The notes beneath the pieces are model-generated. The model did not search any database and was not told the DNA's origin. It worked only from the letters and a program-made list of their open reading frames with translations. A program made the translations under genes and the position numbers. This document shows, in pieces, positions 26,206 through 35,655 of a stretch of 45,496 bases of DNA (its first letter is position 1; every line of letters starts with the position of its first letter). The DNA comes from a virus: positions 1 to 45,496 of IMG/VR virus record IMGVR_UViG_3300045988_123705, one strand, 5' to 3'.

Positions 26206-26813
26206 ACACTTTATCAGACATAGCGAAGTTTGAGAAGAATAAACAGTTTGCCGACAGTGTATATGTCATTCTTATGCAGATGAACTTGACGGACGGCAAA
26301 ACCGTTATTCACTTAGCTTATAACACGGAAAACATTCAATGGCGTGGTGAAACTTGGCAACCGTTTCCATTATCTTTGGGAGACAGCGTTCAAGAAACAG
26401 ATGGTTCTATCCCTAACCTTGAAATCAAGGTATCCAATGTGACAAAGGCATTGATGGGATATTTTGAGAAATTCGGTGGGTTTAACGGAACAATCATCAA
26501 TCTTTACATTGTTAATACCGAAAACCTGTCCTCAAAAATTCCTGAAATAGAAGAGAAGTACAAGGTTTTAAAAGGGAATGCCGATGAAAATTGGATAAAA
26601 CTAACGGTTGGACCCGCATATTCCCCTGACAGGAAAATGCCACAGAGGAGATATTTAAAAAATGCCTGCCAAAGGTGCTATAAGAGCGCTATTTGCGGGT
26701 ACAGGGGCGCTATGACTACTTGTGACCATACATTAGCTGATTGCAGAAGACATGGAAACAAGGCTAATTTTGGCGGTTATCCTGGTATTGATCAAGGCGG
26801 TGTATATAAATGA
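26202..26813 (+). CDS. Minor tail protein, lambda gpL-like (C-terminal Cys cluster)
   Basis: C-terminal CQRCYKSAICGYRG..TTCDHTLADCRRHGNKANFGGYPGI resembles the Fe-S Cys motif of gpL-type proteins. Confidence 0.65.
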   Translation: MNTLSDIAKFEKNKQFADSVYVILMQMNLTDGKTVIHLAYNTENIQWRGETWQPFPLSLGDSVQETDGSIPNLEIKVSNVTKALMGYFEKFGGFNGTIINLYIVNTENLSSKIPEIEEKYKVLKGNADENWIKLTVGPAYSPDRKMPQRRYLKNACQRCYKSAICGYRGAMTTCDHTLADCRRHGNKANFGGYPGIDQGGVYK

Positions 26814-27214
26814 TTAATCTCCGTGATTTGCTTGGTATTCCATTTACTAATAGGGGCAGGACACTTGACGGGTTGGACTGTTACGGATTAGTCATGGAGG
26901 TTTACAAGAAATTTGACATTACTCTTCCGGAATACAACGCAGATTTTGATGACACAGAAACCATCACGAAAATCATTCGTAAACAAATGAGAGAAGACAA
27001 GTTGTGGAAACGCCTTGATGAGCCCAAAACGCCATGTATTGTGGCTATAAGATATGGCGTTCCCCGACCGATGGTGAACCATTGCGGCGTGTATATAGGA
27101 GACGGAATGTTTATGCATACCAGGTCAAAAACAGGGGCTGTGATAGAGCATATAGATAGCCCGATGTGGCGTAACTTGATTGTAGGATTTTATGAATACA
27201 GGGGTAATAAATGA
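26810..27214 (+). CDS. NlpC/P60 (C40) peptidase, lambda gpK-position tail tip protein
   Basis: Catalytic Cys in GLDCYGLV and His in VNHCGVYIGDGMFMH. Located in the K position. Confidence 0.8.
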   Translation: MINLRDLLGIPFTNRGRTLDGLDCYGLVMEVYKKFDITLPEYNADFDDTETITKIIRKQMREDKLWKRLDEPKTPCIVAIRYGVPRPMVNHCGVYIGDGMFMHTRSKTGAVIEHIDSPMWRNLIVGFYEYRGNK

Positions 27215-30200
27215 TTACAGTTGTATTGGTAAAAAACGTATTTGAGCCTGATAACGGACGTGAAATCTACAAATTACCATATATTGATGGTAAGAGTGTG
27301 GAAGATTATGTACGTCCGCTTGCTGATGATTATTCAGGCTACAATACGTCTATTAATGACAACAAGGTTTATTATGAACCTGCTTTCTGTACGCTTTACA
27401 AAAAACAAATTAAACGTTCCCTCTTGAAAAAGAAACGTTTGAAATCAAGATATATACCAGTAAAAGTTATTGCAGACCGCAGGCTGAAAGATGGAGATAT
27501 TATCATCGTTTCACCAATTGTGGGTAAGGGCGGGCTCCTTGGGCTGATTGCGACGCTTGCATTAGGATTTGTGGCGTTTGGCGTTGGCGGTTTGGTTGCT
27601 ACCGGTGCATGGGGCGCCATGGGTACGACCTTTGGCTCAATGCTTATTGGAAATCTTGTTGCCGGAGCAATCATGATGTTGGGCGGGTCACTTATTCAGC
27701 GCTGCTTTGGCACCTCTAAAATCGGGAGCAAGGACGTTTCGGCTGACCCTACCTATTCATGGGATGGCGTAACAAGCACGACCGGGCAGGGAGCATTTGT
27801 ACCGATTACTTATGGTACGGTTCTTTCAGGCGGGCAGATTATTTCCCAATTTGTAGAAACCAGTGGGAATAAACAATATCTCCACAGGCTGTATGCCGCA
27901 GGGGAAGGTGAACTTGAATTTTCCGATATCAGGATCAACAGCACGCCTTATGAACGGTATAAGGATATCACTATCGAAACGAGACCAGGAGACAATGAAC
28001 AATCAATCATTCCTGGCTTTGATAAAACTGTATCTCAATCACAGCTTGGCTACGAATTGTCCGATTCTGTTTGGCGTGAAGTTCTTGTGACAGGCACAGC
28101 CACGGAAGCCATTCAATTATCTATCGAATGCCCGAACGGGCTTTACCACCAAAAAGATGACGGCGGACTTGGACATGTAGAACTCGCATTGTCCATCCAA
28201 TATAAAAAGAAATCTGATACTGACTGGAAAACGTATAACGATAACCTAAAAATCGAAGGAAGTACAGCAACAGCGATTAGAAATCAGTATATCATTGAAC
28301 ATCTTGACCCTGATGAATACTATGTCCGCATTAAAATTGTTCGATATTCCGAAGGCGACCCTAACAACATCAGGAACATGTTCAAGACTAACTGGACGGC
28401 GGTTGGCGGTGTCGTTTATGACGGATTCCGTTATCCTGGAACAGCGCTTATCGCAATGAAAGGATTGGCCACCGAACAATTATCAGGTTCTCCCAATGTT
28501 ACATTCCTAAAAACAAGAGCCAAAGTATGGGCATATAATCCGCATACAGGCAATTATGAACAGCAGGACGCCACCAATCCCGCATGGGCGGCTTATGACT
28601 ATATCCATCAGGCGTACAGAGTAAAGAATAACCACACAGGACAATTTGAATTTGATATCCGTGGTGCCTCCGCTGATTTAATGCTGTATGATCGCTTTGC
28701 TGAATGGGCTAAATATTGTGATAAGAAAAACCTGAAAATAAATATAGAAATGTCACAGGCGGATAATGTCCTTTCCGCAGTGAATGAAAATATCTCCCCG
28801 ATTGGTTATGGTGTCGTGCTTTTGTTCGGAACGAAGTATGGCCCCGTTTGGGACGCCATTTCTGAACCTGTACAGATGTTCGGCATGGGGAATATCATAA
28901 AAGGCACATTTAATGAAGAATTTTTGCCTACCAATGACAGAGCAAACGCAATTGAGGTTACTTTCACCAATAAGGATAAAAACTATGAGCGTGACACTGT
29001 TACTGTTTACGGTTCTGACTATGATACTGACAATGACGATAAAACAACGCAAGTAACATGCAATGGCATTACCGATTACAAGCAGGCGTATAGATACGGT
29101 AAATTCCAACTGTTCTGCAATGAACGATTAATTAGAACGGTGTCATTTGAGGCTGATGTAGACGCCATTGCTTGTACCGTGGGAGATGTAGTGCTTATTT
29201 CTCATGATATCCCCGAATGGTCATGGTCCGGAAGGATAATTTCCAAAGAGAACGGCGTTTACAAATTTGCCGCTGTGACAGATGGTCTTGACGCCAATGT
29301 TCCTAAATGGCTATTGACTTATCGGGCAAGCAAGAGTGACAAACTGTATCAGGTGAATTGTTCCGTCACCAAAGATGATGAGTATATCTATGTAAAACCC
29401 CTTACTACACCAGAAGAAGCACCTGACGTCGGCGATATATGCGCTGTATCTTCTGTAACAACAGGTGTAAAGCCGTTCACAATAAAGAACATCACAAGGT
29501 CAAACAGCGGGAATACCTTGAGACGTAAAATAACATGTCTTGAGTATGACGCTTCTGTATTCAATGAAGACTACACGATTCCCACAATAAATTACTCTTC
29601 TCTTTCGACAACGATGGTGGAGGTAAGTAATCTAAGAGCCTATAAGAACAAATATAAGAATAATGCTGAAATTGTAGCAACATGGGAAGTGGATGAAGCC
29701 GTCGAGGCATTTCTTGTATATATCTCGCATGATAACGGTTCTACATGGGAGAAAGTAGCGGATACCCCACTAACCGCCTACAACATAAGCTGTGATAAAG
29801 ACACTGATTATCTGCTGAAAGTACGTACACTTAAAGGCGGGATTATTTCAGCAGGAAAGGTAGTTAATGTAGCAGAAGGATTAGATATTGTGCCACCTGC
29901 CACGCTGCCTAAGAACATTACCGCCTATACACGATATAGGAAAATGCCTGATGGTACACCACGTTATGATGTTGTTGTAAAGTGGAATCCCGATGGATTA
30001 AAGGGGCGTGTTTATTACAAGTCGAATTACAGCATTGGCGCCAACCTGAAAATTGTTGAAGGCGTTCCGGCGGATCAACTTGGGTTTTACGGAGAGTGGA
30101 CTTATGTAGGTACGGGCGTAAATACCATTGTCATCCCGCAGGCTGTTCCTGGTGATACTTATAGAATCGCAGTATCCACTGCAAACGGAGCGGGAGTATA

Positions 30201-31275
30201 CACAATCGCCGATAATTGTGAATACATCGATTTACTTATTGCCGCTAAGACTACCATTCCTAATACCCCTGATGGATTCGGTGTTACTTTTACTGATAAG
30301 GTAACCGTTTCCTGGAATGATGTAACCAATACAGATGTCGATTTTTACGAAATCAGGAATGATAATTCTCCTGGTGAAGAAGACAGCCATCTATTGGCAA
30401 GGACAAACGGGCTTAGCACTGTTATTTCACTGGTAAAGCGTAACGGTACGCTGTATCTATTTGCCCACTCCACAGATGGCAAGTATTCATCAGCGGCAGT
30501 TCTTTATTATGATAAGGCGTTACCAAAGAAGCCAAAACCACCTAAATTAAATTCAAATCTTGGCGGATTTGGGATTATTGCGGAGCCAATCCCCGCAGAT
30601 TGTTTGGGTATGACAGTTTATATTGATGGCGGCGATGGGAATATCATTAGTGCCAAAACAAATAATGATACTTATGGTCACACGTGCGGTGCCGGTATCT
30701 ATGACGTATCCATCGCTTATTATGACCTGTTCGGTGAAGGTGAGAAATCCGGTGAAAGCCGTGTTACTGTCAAAATCTCAATTTCTAAGGACATGCTTGA
30801 AGATGAAGCAATCAGTCTTGAAAAAGTCGATAAGCTAATCAAGCAGAAACTCAATAACGGTGCTATCGCAAAGCAAGACGTCACAACGATCGTCTCTAAC
30901 CTCGGAAATCTCATGCTTGCGAAATCGAATTACAGCGCCATCGCTCAAATGACCGACGCTATCAATTTGCGAGTGCAAAAAGGAGATGTCATTAATCAGA
31001 TCAACTTGTCACCGACGACAACGACAATTGCAAGTAGATATCTACACGTTGGAGCCGAAACAGTCATAGATAACAACGTTATTGTCTCAAGAATGCTTGC
31101 CGCAAAAGCGGTTACTGCTGATAAGTTGGCGGTGACAAGTCTATCAGCAATCACAGCAAATATCGGACTGCTAAGAACGAAGACAAGCGGAGCAAGGACG
31201 GAAATTAAAGATAATTTGATTGAAATATACGACAATAACAACTTTCGTGTAATAGCGTTGGGGGTGCTTTCATAA
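27211..31275 (+). CDS. Fused gpI-like / gpJ-like central tail fibre (host specificity) protein with FN3-like repeats
   Basis: N-terminal ~175 aa has a small beta-grasp-like start plus the Gly-rich hydrophobic GKGGLLGLIATLALGFVAFGVGG... as in lambda gpI. The remainder has gpJ-like sequence character (TYSWDGVTSTTGQGAFVPITYG..). 1354 aa. Confidence 0.75.
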   Translation: MITVVLVKNVFEPDNGREIYKLPYIDGKSVEDYVRPLADDYSGYNTSINDNKVYYEPAFCTLYKKQIKRSLLKKKRLKSRYIPVKVIADRRLKDGDIIIVSPIVGKGGLLGLIATLALGFVAFGVGGLVATGAWGAMGTTFGSMLIGNLVAGAIMMLGGSLIQRCFGTSKIGSKDVSADPTYSWDGVTSTTGQGAFVPITYGTVLSGGQIISQFVETSGNKQYLHRLYAAGEGELEFSDIRINSTPYERYKDITIETRPGDNEQSIIPGFDKTVSQSQLGYELSDSVWREVLVTGTATEAIQLSIECPNGLYHQKDDGGLGHVELALSIQYKKKSDTDWKTYNDNLKIEGSTATAIRNQYIIEHLDPDEYYVRIKIVRYSEGDPNNIRNMFKTNWTAVGGVVYDGFRYPGTALIAMKGLATEQLSGSPNVTFLKTRAKVWAYNPHTGNYEQQDATNPAWAAYDYIHQAYRVKNNHTGQFEFDIRGASADLMLYDRFAEWAKYCDKKNLKINIEMSQADNVLSAVNENISPIGYGVVLLFGTKYGPVWDAISEPVQMFGMGNIIKGTFNEEFLPTNDRANAIEVTFTNKDKNYERDTVTVYGSDYDTDNDDKTTQVTCNGITDYKQAYRYGKFQLFCNERLIRTVSFEADVDAIACTVGDVVLISHDIPEWSWSGRIISKENGVYKFAAVTDGLDANVPKWLLTYRASKSDKLYQVNCSVTKDDEYIYVKPLTTPEEAPDVGDICAVSSVTTGVKPFTIKNITRSNSGNTLRRKITCLEYDASVFNEDYTIPTINYSSLSTTMVEVSNLRAYKNKYKNNAEIVATWEVDEAVEAFLVYISHDNGSTWEKVADTPLTAYNISCDKDTDYLLKVRTLKGGIISAGKVVNVAEGLDIVPPATLPKNITAYTRYRKMPDGTPRYDVVVKWNPDGLKGRVYYKSNYSIGANLKIVEGVPADQLGFYGEWTYVGTGVNTIVIPQAVPGDTYRIAVSTANGAGVYTIADNCEYIDLLIAAKTTIPNTPDGFGVTFTDKVTVSWNDVTNTDVDFYEIRNDNSPGEEDSHLLARTNGLSTVISLVKRNGTLYLFAHSTDGKYSSAAVLYYDKALPKKPKPPKLNSNLGGFGIIAEPIPADCLGMTVYIDGGDGNIISAKTNNDTYGHTCGAGIYDVSIAYYDLFGEGEKSGESRVTVKISISKDMLEDEAISLEKVDKLIKQKLNNGAIAKQDVTTIVSNLGNLMLAKSNYSAIAQMTDAINLRVQKGDVINQINLSPTTTTIASRYLHVGAETVIDNNVIVSRMLAAKAVTADKLAVTSLSAITANIGLLRTKTSGARTEIKDNLIEIYDNNNFRVIALGVLS

Positions 31276-31556
31276 TGACAGTAGGGCTTAGAATTTATCA
31301 CCCGCAAAAAGGCATGATTTTAGACATTACAGATTCGCTTACAAGAATACTCGAAAGCTTTACAGCAGATACAGCGACCGGAAGTAAAACAATTGACATC
31401 AAGGATAACGATAGACTGTTTGTGTTTTTTGTGCCGGAAACTTCCGAATACACGGCGCCACTACAGATAACAACATCAGGAAATCAAATTAACTGGGTGT
31501 ATCGTGGTGATTTTGACGGTAATCATAAGCAGAGGATATACTATGGCACTTATTAA
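31275..31556 (+). CDS. Hypothetical tail-module protein (93 aa)
   Basis: ATAATG-coupled track ORF. Confidence 0.45.
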   Translation: MTVGLRIYHPQKGMILDITDSLTRILESFTADTATGSKTIDIKDNDRLFVFFVPETSEYTAPLQITTSGNQINWVYRGDFDGNHKQRIYYGTY

Positions 31557-32271
31557 CTTTTTAGAAATTTACAACGCAGATCGGCACCTCATCATTAACA
31601 ATAAATATAAAAACTTGAGGTTACTAAAGGTAGATAAGCTGCCATCGCCGACAGGGGTAAGCGGAGACGGAAGCAACTGGAAATACTGGGAATACGAAAT
31701 AGACTTTAATATGAATTATATTCCGGCAATCTATTGCGCTAATTCTCAATATTACGTTACAGCTGAGGTAAGCGACGGAAAGATGACTATTCAGGTGCAC
31801 GCTCCAGAGTCAGTTTCGATGACAGCAGAACAGGTACACGCCGCCGTTACATTGTATATATTTACCGATGAAATTTATTCTGATACATCGGGGGCAGGGT
31901 TGTTCATCTGGGATCCAGAAACAAAAAAACTTGTTTTTAATAGTAAAACTCCGTATCTCCGTGTTGTCGGCAGCCATATTAAATCTGAAATATCAACCAA
32001 CGACGCAGCAGGACTGGCGGCTGTTATGCCGGAAACGACTTTTCCGTGTGCGAAAGTGGCGGCGATTATGTTCTCTATGCACGAATTTCAGAAGAGTACA
32101 CCGCAGGTCGTATTTCATAGCTCATTAAAATTAAACTGGGTGAGTTCAAACCGTATAAAAGCACACTGGTTAGCTAATGGTGCAATTTTCAATCCCGGCG
32201 GCGATATACACATACCGGGAGGCGTATTTAGAGCAACTTGTATCTTGTTTGTTAATGTAACAGGTTATTAA
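31543..32271 (+). CDS. Hypothetical tail-module protein (242 aa)
   Basis: ATG 31543 with AGAGGA RBS. No motif. Confidence 0.5.
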   Translation: MALINFLEIYNADRHLIINNKYKNLRLLKVDKLPSPTGVSGDGSNWKYWEYEIDFNMNYIPAIYCANSQYYVTAEVSDGKMTIQVHAPESVSMTAEQVHAAVTLYIFTDEIYSDTSGAGLFIWDPETKKLVFNSKTPYLRVVGSHIKSEISTNDAAGLAAVMPETTFPCAKVAAIMFSMHEFQKSTPQVVFHSSLKLNWVSSNRIKAHWLANGAIFNPGGDIHIPGGVFRATCILFVNVTGY

Positions 32272-32290
32272 GGAAAAGGAGAGAAAAATC

Positions 32291-32485
32291 ATGAAAAGAA
32301 CATGTAAAGTAAACGGCAAAGTGTCCTATCCGCAAAATGACGGAGTTTTAACGACATTCAGCTTTCATAATCCGCAGACTGGCGAAGTCTATGCTATGTC
32401 AACAACAAGTCAAGAAGAGACCGATGAATTGAACTACGGCGATACTGTCACGCTTGAAATCAAAAAAGCCGAGGTATCCGAATGA
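32291..32485 (+). CDS. Hypothetical protein (64 aa)
   Basis: RBS AAGGAGAG. ATGA-coupled to the fibre gene. Confidence 0.45.
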   Translation: MKRTCKVNGKVSYPQNDGVLTTFSFHNPQTGEVYAMSTTSQEETDELNYGDTVTLEIKKAEVSE

Positions 32486-33762
32486 AACCACAGATATTTC
32501 AACATCCGGAAATTCGGGATGAGAACGACAACATAATACAGCCGGGGGCGTTCGGAAAAAATACGCCGTTCTGCACAAAGGGAAATGACGGTATTTTAGA
32601 CTATGTTGCGAATGATCTGGAGTATCTGTATAAAAAAAGTGCGTCGGTAGATAACGATAATCTCAAAGCAAAGTCATTAGCGGTAACGGGTATGAGTGAC
32701 CTTAACTTAGTCAATGCTGATACGGTCAAAGCAAAGTCATTAGCGGTAACGGGTACGAGTGACCTTAACTTAGTCAATGCTGATACGGTCAAAGCAAAGT
32801 CATTAGCGGTAACGGGTACGAGTGACCTTAACTTAGTCAATGCTGATACGGTCAAAGCAAAGTCATTAGCGGTAACGGGTACGAGTGACCTTAACTTAGT
32901 CAATGCTGATACGGTCAAAGCAAAGTCATTAGCGGTAACGGGTACGAGTGCGGCACCGACAGCGCCGACAGGTGACAGTTCTAAAACAATTGCGAATACA
33001 GAATTTGTGCAAAACGCAGTGTCCGGACTTGTCGGAGCCGCACCGGAAACTCTTGATACGCTTAATGAGCTGGCGACAGCACTCGGTAATGATCCGAATT
33101 TCGCAACGACGGTCTCTAATCAAATTGGCAAAAAAGCAAATCAATCGGATTTAGATGCGGTATCAACAAAAGTAGACAAAAAGGCGGAGCGGACGGACTT
33201 AGAATCCACGGCGTCATTTGTCAATCGCCTGCAACGCAAGAAAGCATATAAAGTCGGCGATATCGTTTACTCATCGAAACTTCCGTCATGGGCATATCTT
33301 GAATGCACGCAGGCGGGAATCACGGGAAATACCGAACCTAATTTGTCAACTATATCGGGGGGGGTAGAAGTTAATGACGGAAGCGTGAAGTGGACAGTTA
33401 AGACGGTAACCGCAAAAGAATATGTCGATGAAAAACTCAATAATTACGGAAAGATGGAAACAATTAATGCGACTATAGACTCACAGTACATCGAAAATTT
33501 ATCGTGTGTAAAAATAAAAAACATAGTGCATTTTTTTGTACGAATGAAAAGTGCAAAAGAAGGTCTCATTGAAATTGCATCGGGGCTACCAAAATCATTT
33601 ATAAATATTGAATTTTATGCCATTATAAACAACAGCAACGGTAAAGCTGTACGATTGACAATAAATACAGACGGTAAACTATATCTCAGTTATACGGATG
33701 AATATACTACATCGCCGGGACATGAATCTGTTGCATGTTTAGTATATTTAACAAACGATTGA
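32482..33762 (+). CDS. Tail fibre protein with 21-aa tandem shaft repeats
   Basis: KAKSLAVTGTSDLNLVNADTV x4.5, followed by the widespread fibre motif TIANTEFVQNAVSGLVGAAPETLDTLNELATALGNDPNFATT. Confidence 0.8.
   Translation: MKPQIFQHPEIRDENDNIIQPGAFGKNTPFCTKGNDGILDYVANDLEYLYKKSASVDNDNLKAKSLAVTGMSDLNLVNADTVKAKSLAVTGTSDLNLVNADTVKAKSLAVTGTSDLNLVNADTVKAKSLAVTGTSDLNLVNADTVKAKSLAVTGTSAAPTAPTGDSSKTIANTEFVQNAVSGLVGAAPETLDTLNELATALGNDPNFATTVSNQIGKKANQSDLDAVSTKVDKKAERTDLESTASFVNRLQRKKAYKVGDIVYSSKLPSWAYLECTQAGITGNTEPNLSTISGGVEVNDGSVKWTVKTVTAKEYVDEKLNNYGKMETINATIDSQYIENLSCVKIKNIVHFFVRMKSAKEGLIEIASGLPKSFINIEFYAIINNSNGKAVRLTINTDGKLYLSYTDEYTTSPGHESVACLVYLTND
32665..32949. repeat. 4.5 copies of a 63-bp tandem repeat (copies 2-4 identical, copy 1 differs at 1 nt)
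   Basis: Units start at 32665, 32728, 32791, 32854 and 32917 (partial). Confidence 0.95.
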
Positions 33763-33775
33763 AAGGAGAAAGAAT

Positions 33776-34240
33776 ATGCAGGAAATCACAGATGGTAGCG
33801 CAAAATTCAGAGTGGTGGACAGTCGGTTAAAAGCAATGATAGACGTGTTGTATCCGGTCGGCATAGTAGTAACGACAGCAACAGATGACGCGCTAAAGCC
33901 AGGTGAAGCAGATGGATTGGCAACATGGGAAGAAATTGCACAGGATAGAGTGTTACAGGGTACATCAAGTGGTGCGGGCGGAACAATAGAAGCAGGGCTG
34001 CCAAATATAACTGGATACATAGTAGGGTATGGTGGTCGAACAGGATTTGGAGGAGCAGGCGGAATGGCTTATCTATCTGATGAGCAAGAAAGGATTCCTT
34101 CAATGGGGGATATCTTTCAAGGAAATAAGTCTGCTCTAAAAGCAGTGCTTGACGCGTCAAAATCAAACAATATTTACGGAAAATCAAGCACAGTACAACC
34201 ACCAGCGTACAAAGTGCATTTTTGGAAAAAGATAAGTTAA
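33776..34240 (+). CDS. Tail fibre-associated protein (putative collar-like / second receptor-binding component)
   Basis: 154 aa after the fibre gene. LYPVGIVVTT...GLATWEEIAQDRVLQG.. resembles tail-collar type motifs. RBS AAGGAGA. Confidence 0.4.
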   Translation: MQEITDGSAKFRVVDSRLKAMIDVLYPVGIVVTTATDDALKPGEADGLATWEEIAQDRVLQGTSSGAGGTIEAGLPNITGYIVGYGGRTGFGGAGGMAYLSDEQERIPSMGDIFQGNKSALKAVLDASKSNNIYGKSSTVQPPAYKVHFWKKIS

Positions 34241-34243
34241 TCA

Positions 34244-34884
34244 TGACATTCTTTCAAAAATTAAAAAGAAAAATACAAAAATACAATAAACCACCCGTTT
34301 GGTGGGGCGGTTTTGTTACCTGCATTTTCGTCTTAGACATTATAGACTTCGCCGAATATTTCTGCCGAACTTCTTTGAATCTCTTAGACAAGTGGGAATC
34401 AAAAACAGTCGTAAGCGTTGTGTTGATGTACATTCTGTCGTTTATCAACAGCTCCTACGGTGTAGTGCTCAATGCTTATTTTTGGATGATTATTATTGAC
34501 ATCAGTACACGTTGGCTGGCTATCGGTTATCAATATCTTGTAGATAAGGGGATGGATCCTGATTACTTAACAACGCGAGAGAAACTGTACGGCATTGTTC
34601 TTGCGTTCAGCGCGAAACGGCTGAAATCTAAGATTATGCTTTGGGGCTTTCTGACAAAATTCATTCTTTTTACGATTCTTATTCTTACTGCTTCACAGAT
34701 TGACACCGTTTTATCAGCGATAGAGATACCGTTGTCATGGCCGGTACGCAAATTCATGTTCGGCTATATTTGCTACAACGAGATATTGTCGATTTGTGAG
34801 AATTTGAGAGACGCAGGAAATCAGCACATCGACAAGTTGATAACGCTGTTTGATAATAATATTTTTGCAAAACTCAAGAAATAA
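34244..34884 (+). CDS. Holin, Phage_holin_4_1 (TcdE-like) family with N-terminal extension
   Basis: Multiple TM segments. SAKRLKSK...G...K block and C-terminal YNEILSICENLRDAG match the family signature. Lies upstream of the endolysin. Start uncertain (TTG 34222 / ATG 34244). Confidence 0.65.
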
Positions 34885-34898
34885 ACATCAAGAGGAGT

Positions 34899-35474
34899 AT
34901 GAAAATGGAAATCGACCTGAACGAATTACAGTTGATGGCAGAGAGTGCAAGAGATAATCTCAAGGCTACTGCCGCAAGTGTAGGGAGAAAGCTAAAAATA
35001 TATCTACACTGGACAGCAGGAAGGCATTATACGACTTTTGATGACTACCACATCTGCATTGACGGTGATGGGGCATTAATTCAGATGAATGATTTTGAGG
35101 AAGTTTTATCTGCCACATATCACCGCAATACTGGTTCGGTAGCAATCGCCCTTTGTTGTTGTGCTGACGCTGTGGCTTATGCTGATGGAACATATGACCT
35201 TGGTGAATATCCACCTACCACACAGCAGATAGAATCAATGGCACAATGCGTAGCTACACTGTGTACGGGGCTTGACATCCCGATTGACATAGAGCATGTC
35301 ATGACGCATGCCGAAGCGGCGAATAATCAGGACGGTGTTTATTGTCACGAGCCTTACGGTCCTGGAAATGGATGTGAAAGATGGGATTTGGCTGTACTTG
35401 AACAGGGTGATAATTGGATGTCCGGTGGAGATATCATTCGTGGCAAGGCAATTTTCTACCAAAACCAAATGTAA
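34899..35474 (+). CDS. N-acetylmuramoyl-L-alanine amidase endolysin (Amidase_2/PGRP fold), single domain
   Basis: IYLHWTAG...YHICIDGDG...ATYHRNTGSVAIAL...PPTTQQIESMAQCV...IEHVMTHAEA. No recognisable cell-wall-binding domain. Confidence 0.75.
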   Translation: MKMEIDLNELQLMAESARDNLKATAASVGRKLKIYLHWTAGRHYTTFDDYHICIDGDGALIQMNDFEEVLSATYHRNTGSVAIALCCCADAVAYADGTYDLGEYPPTTQQIESMAQCVATLCTGLDIPIDIEHVMTHAEAANNQDGVYCHEPYGPGNGCERWDLAVLEQGDNWMSGGDIIRGKAIFYQNQM

Positions 35475-35655
35475 TCTTATTATCCATATATTGGTTGACA
35501 TAAAATGACCGATATTTAACAATCTCGATTGTTTTAAATCGTTTTTAAGGCTTGTTTATTTTTGCTTTTGATAAATTCTCATGGATATTATGGCGGGCGT
35601 GTTCTACCCGCCTTAAACGCCAAATTTGCATATTTCAACAAGAAAAGAGGACAGA

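Noticed and set aside
32482-34240. Diversity-generating retroelement acting on the fibre genes
   Set aside because: There is no reverse transcriptase anywhere in the genome and no template/variable repeat pair with adenine-specific differences. The repeats are simple tandem copies.
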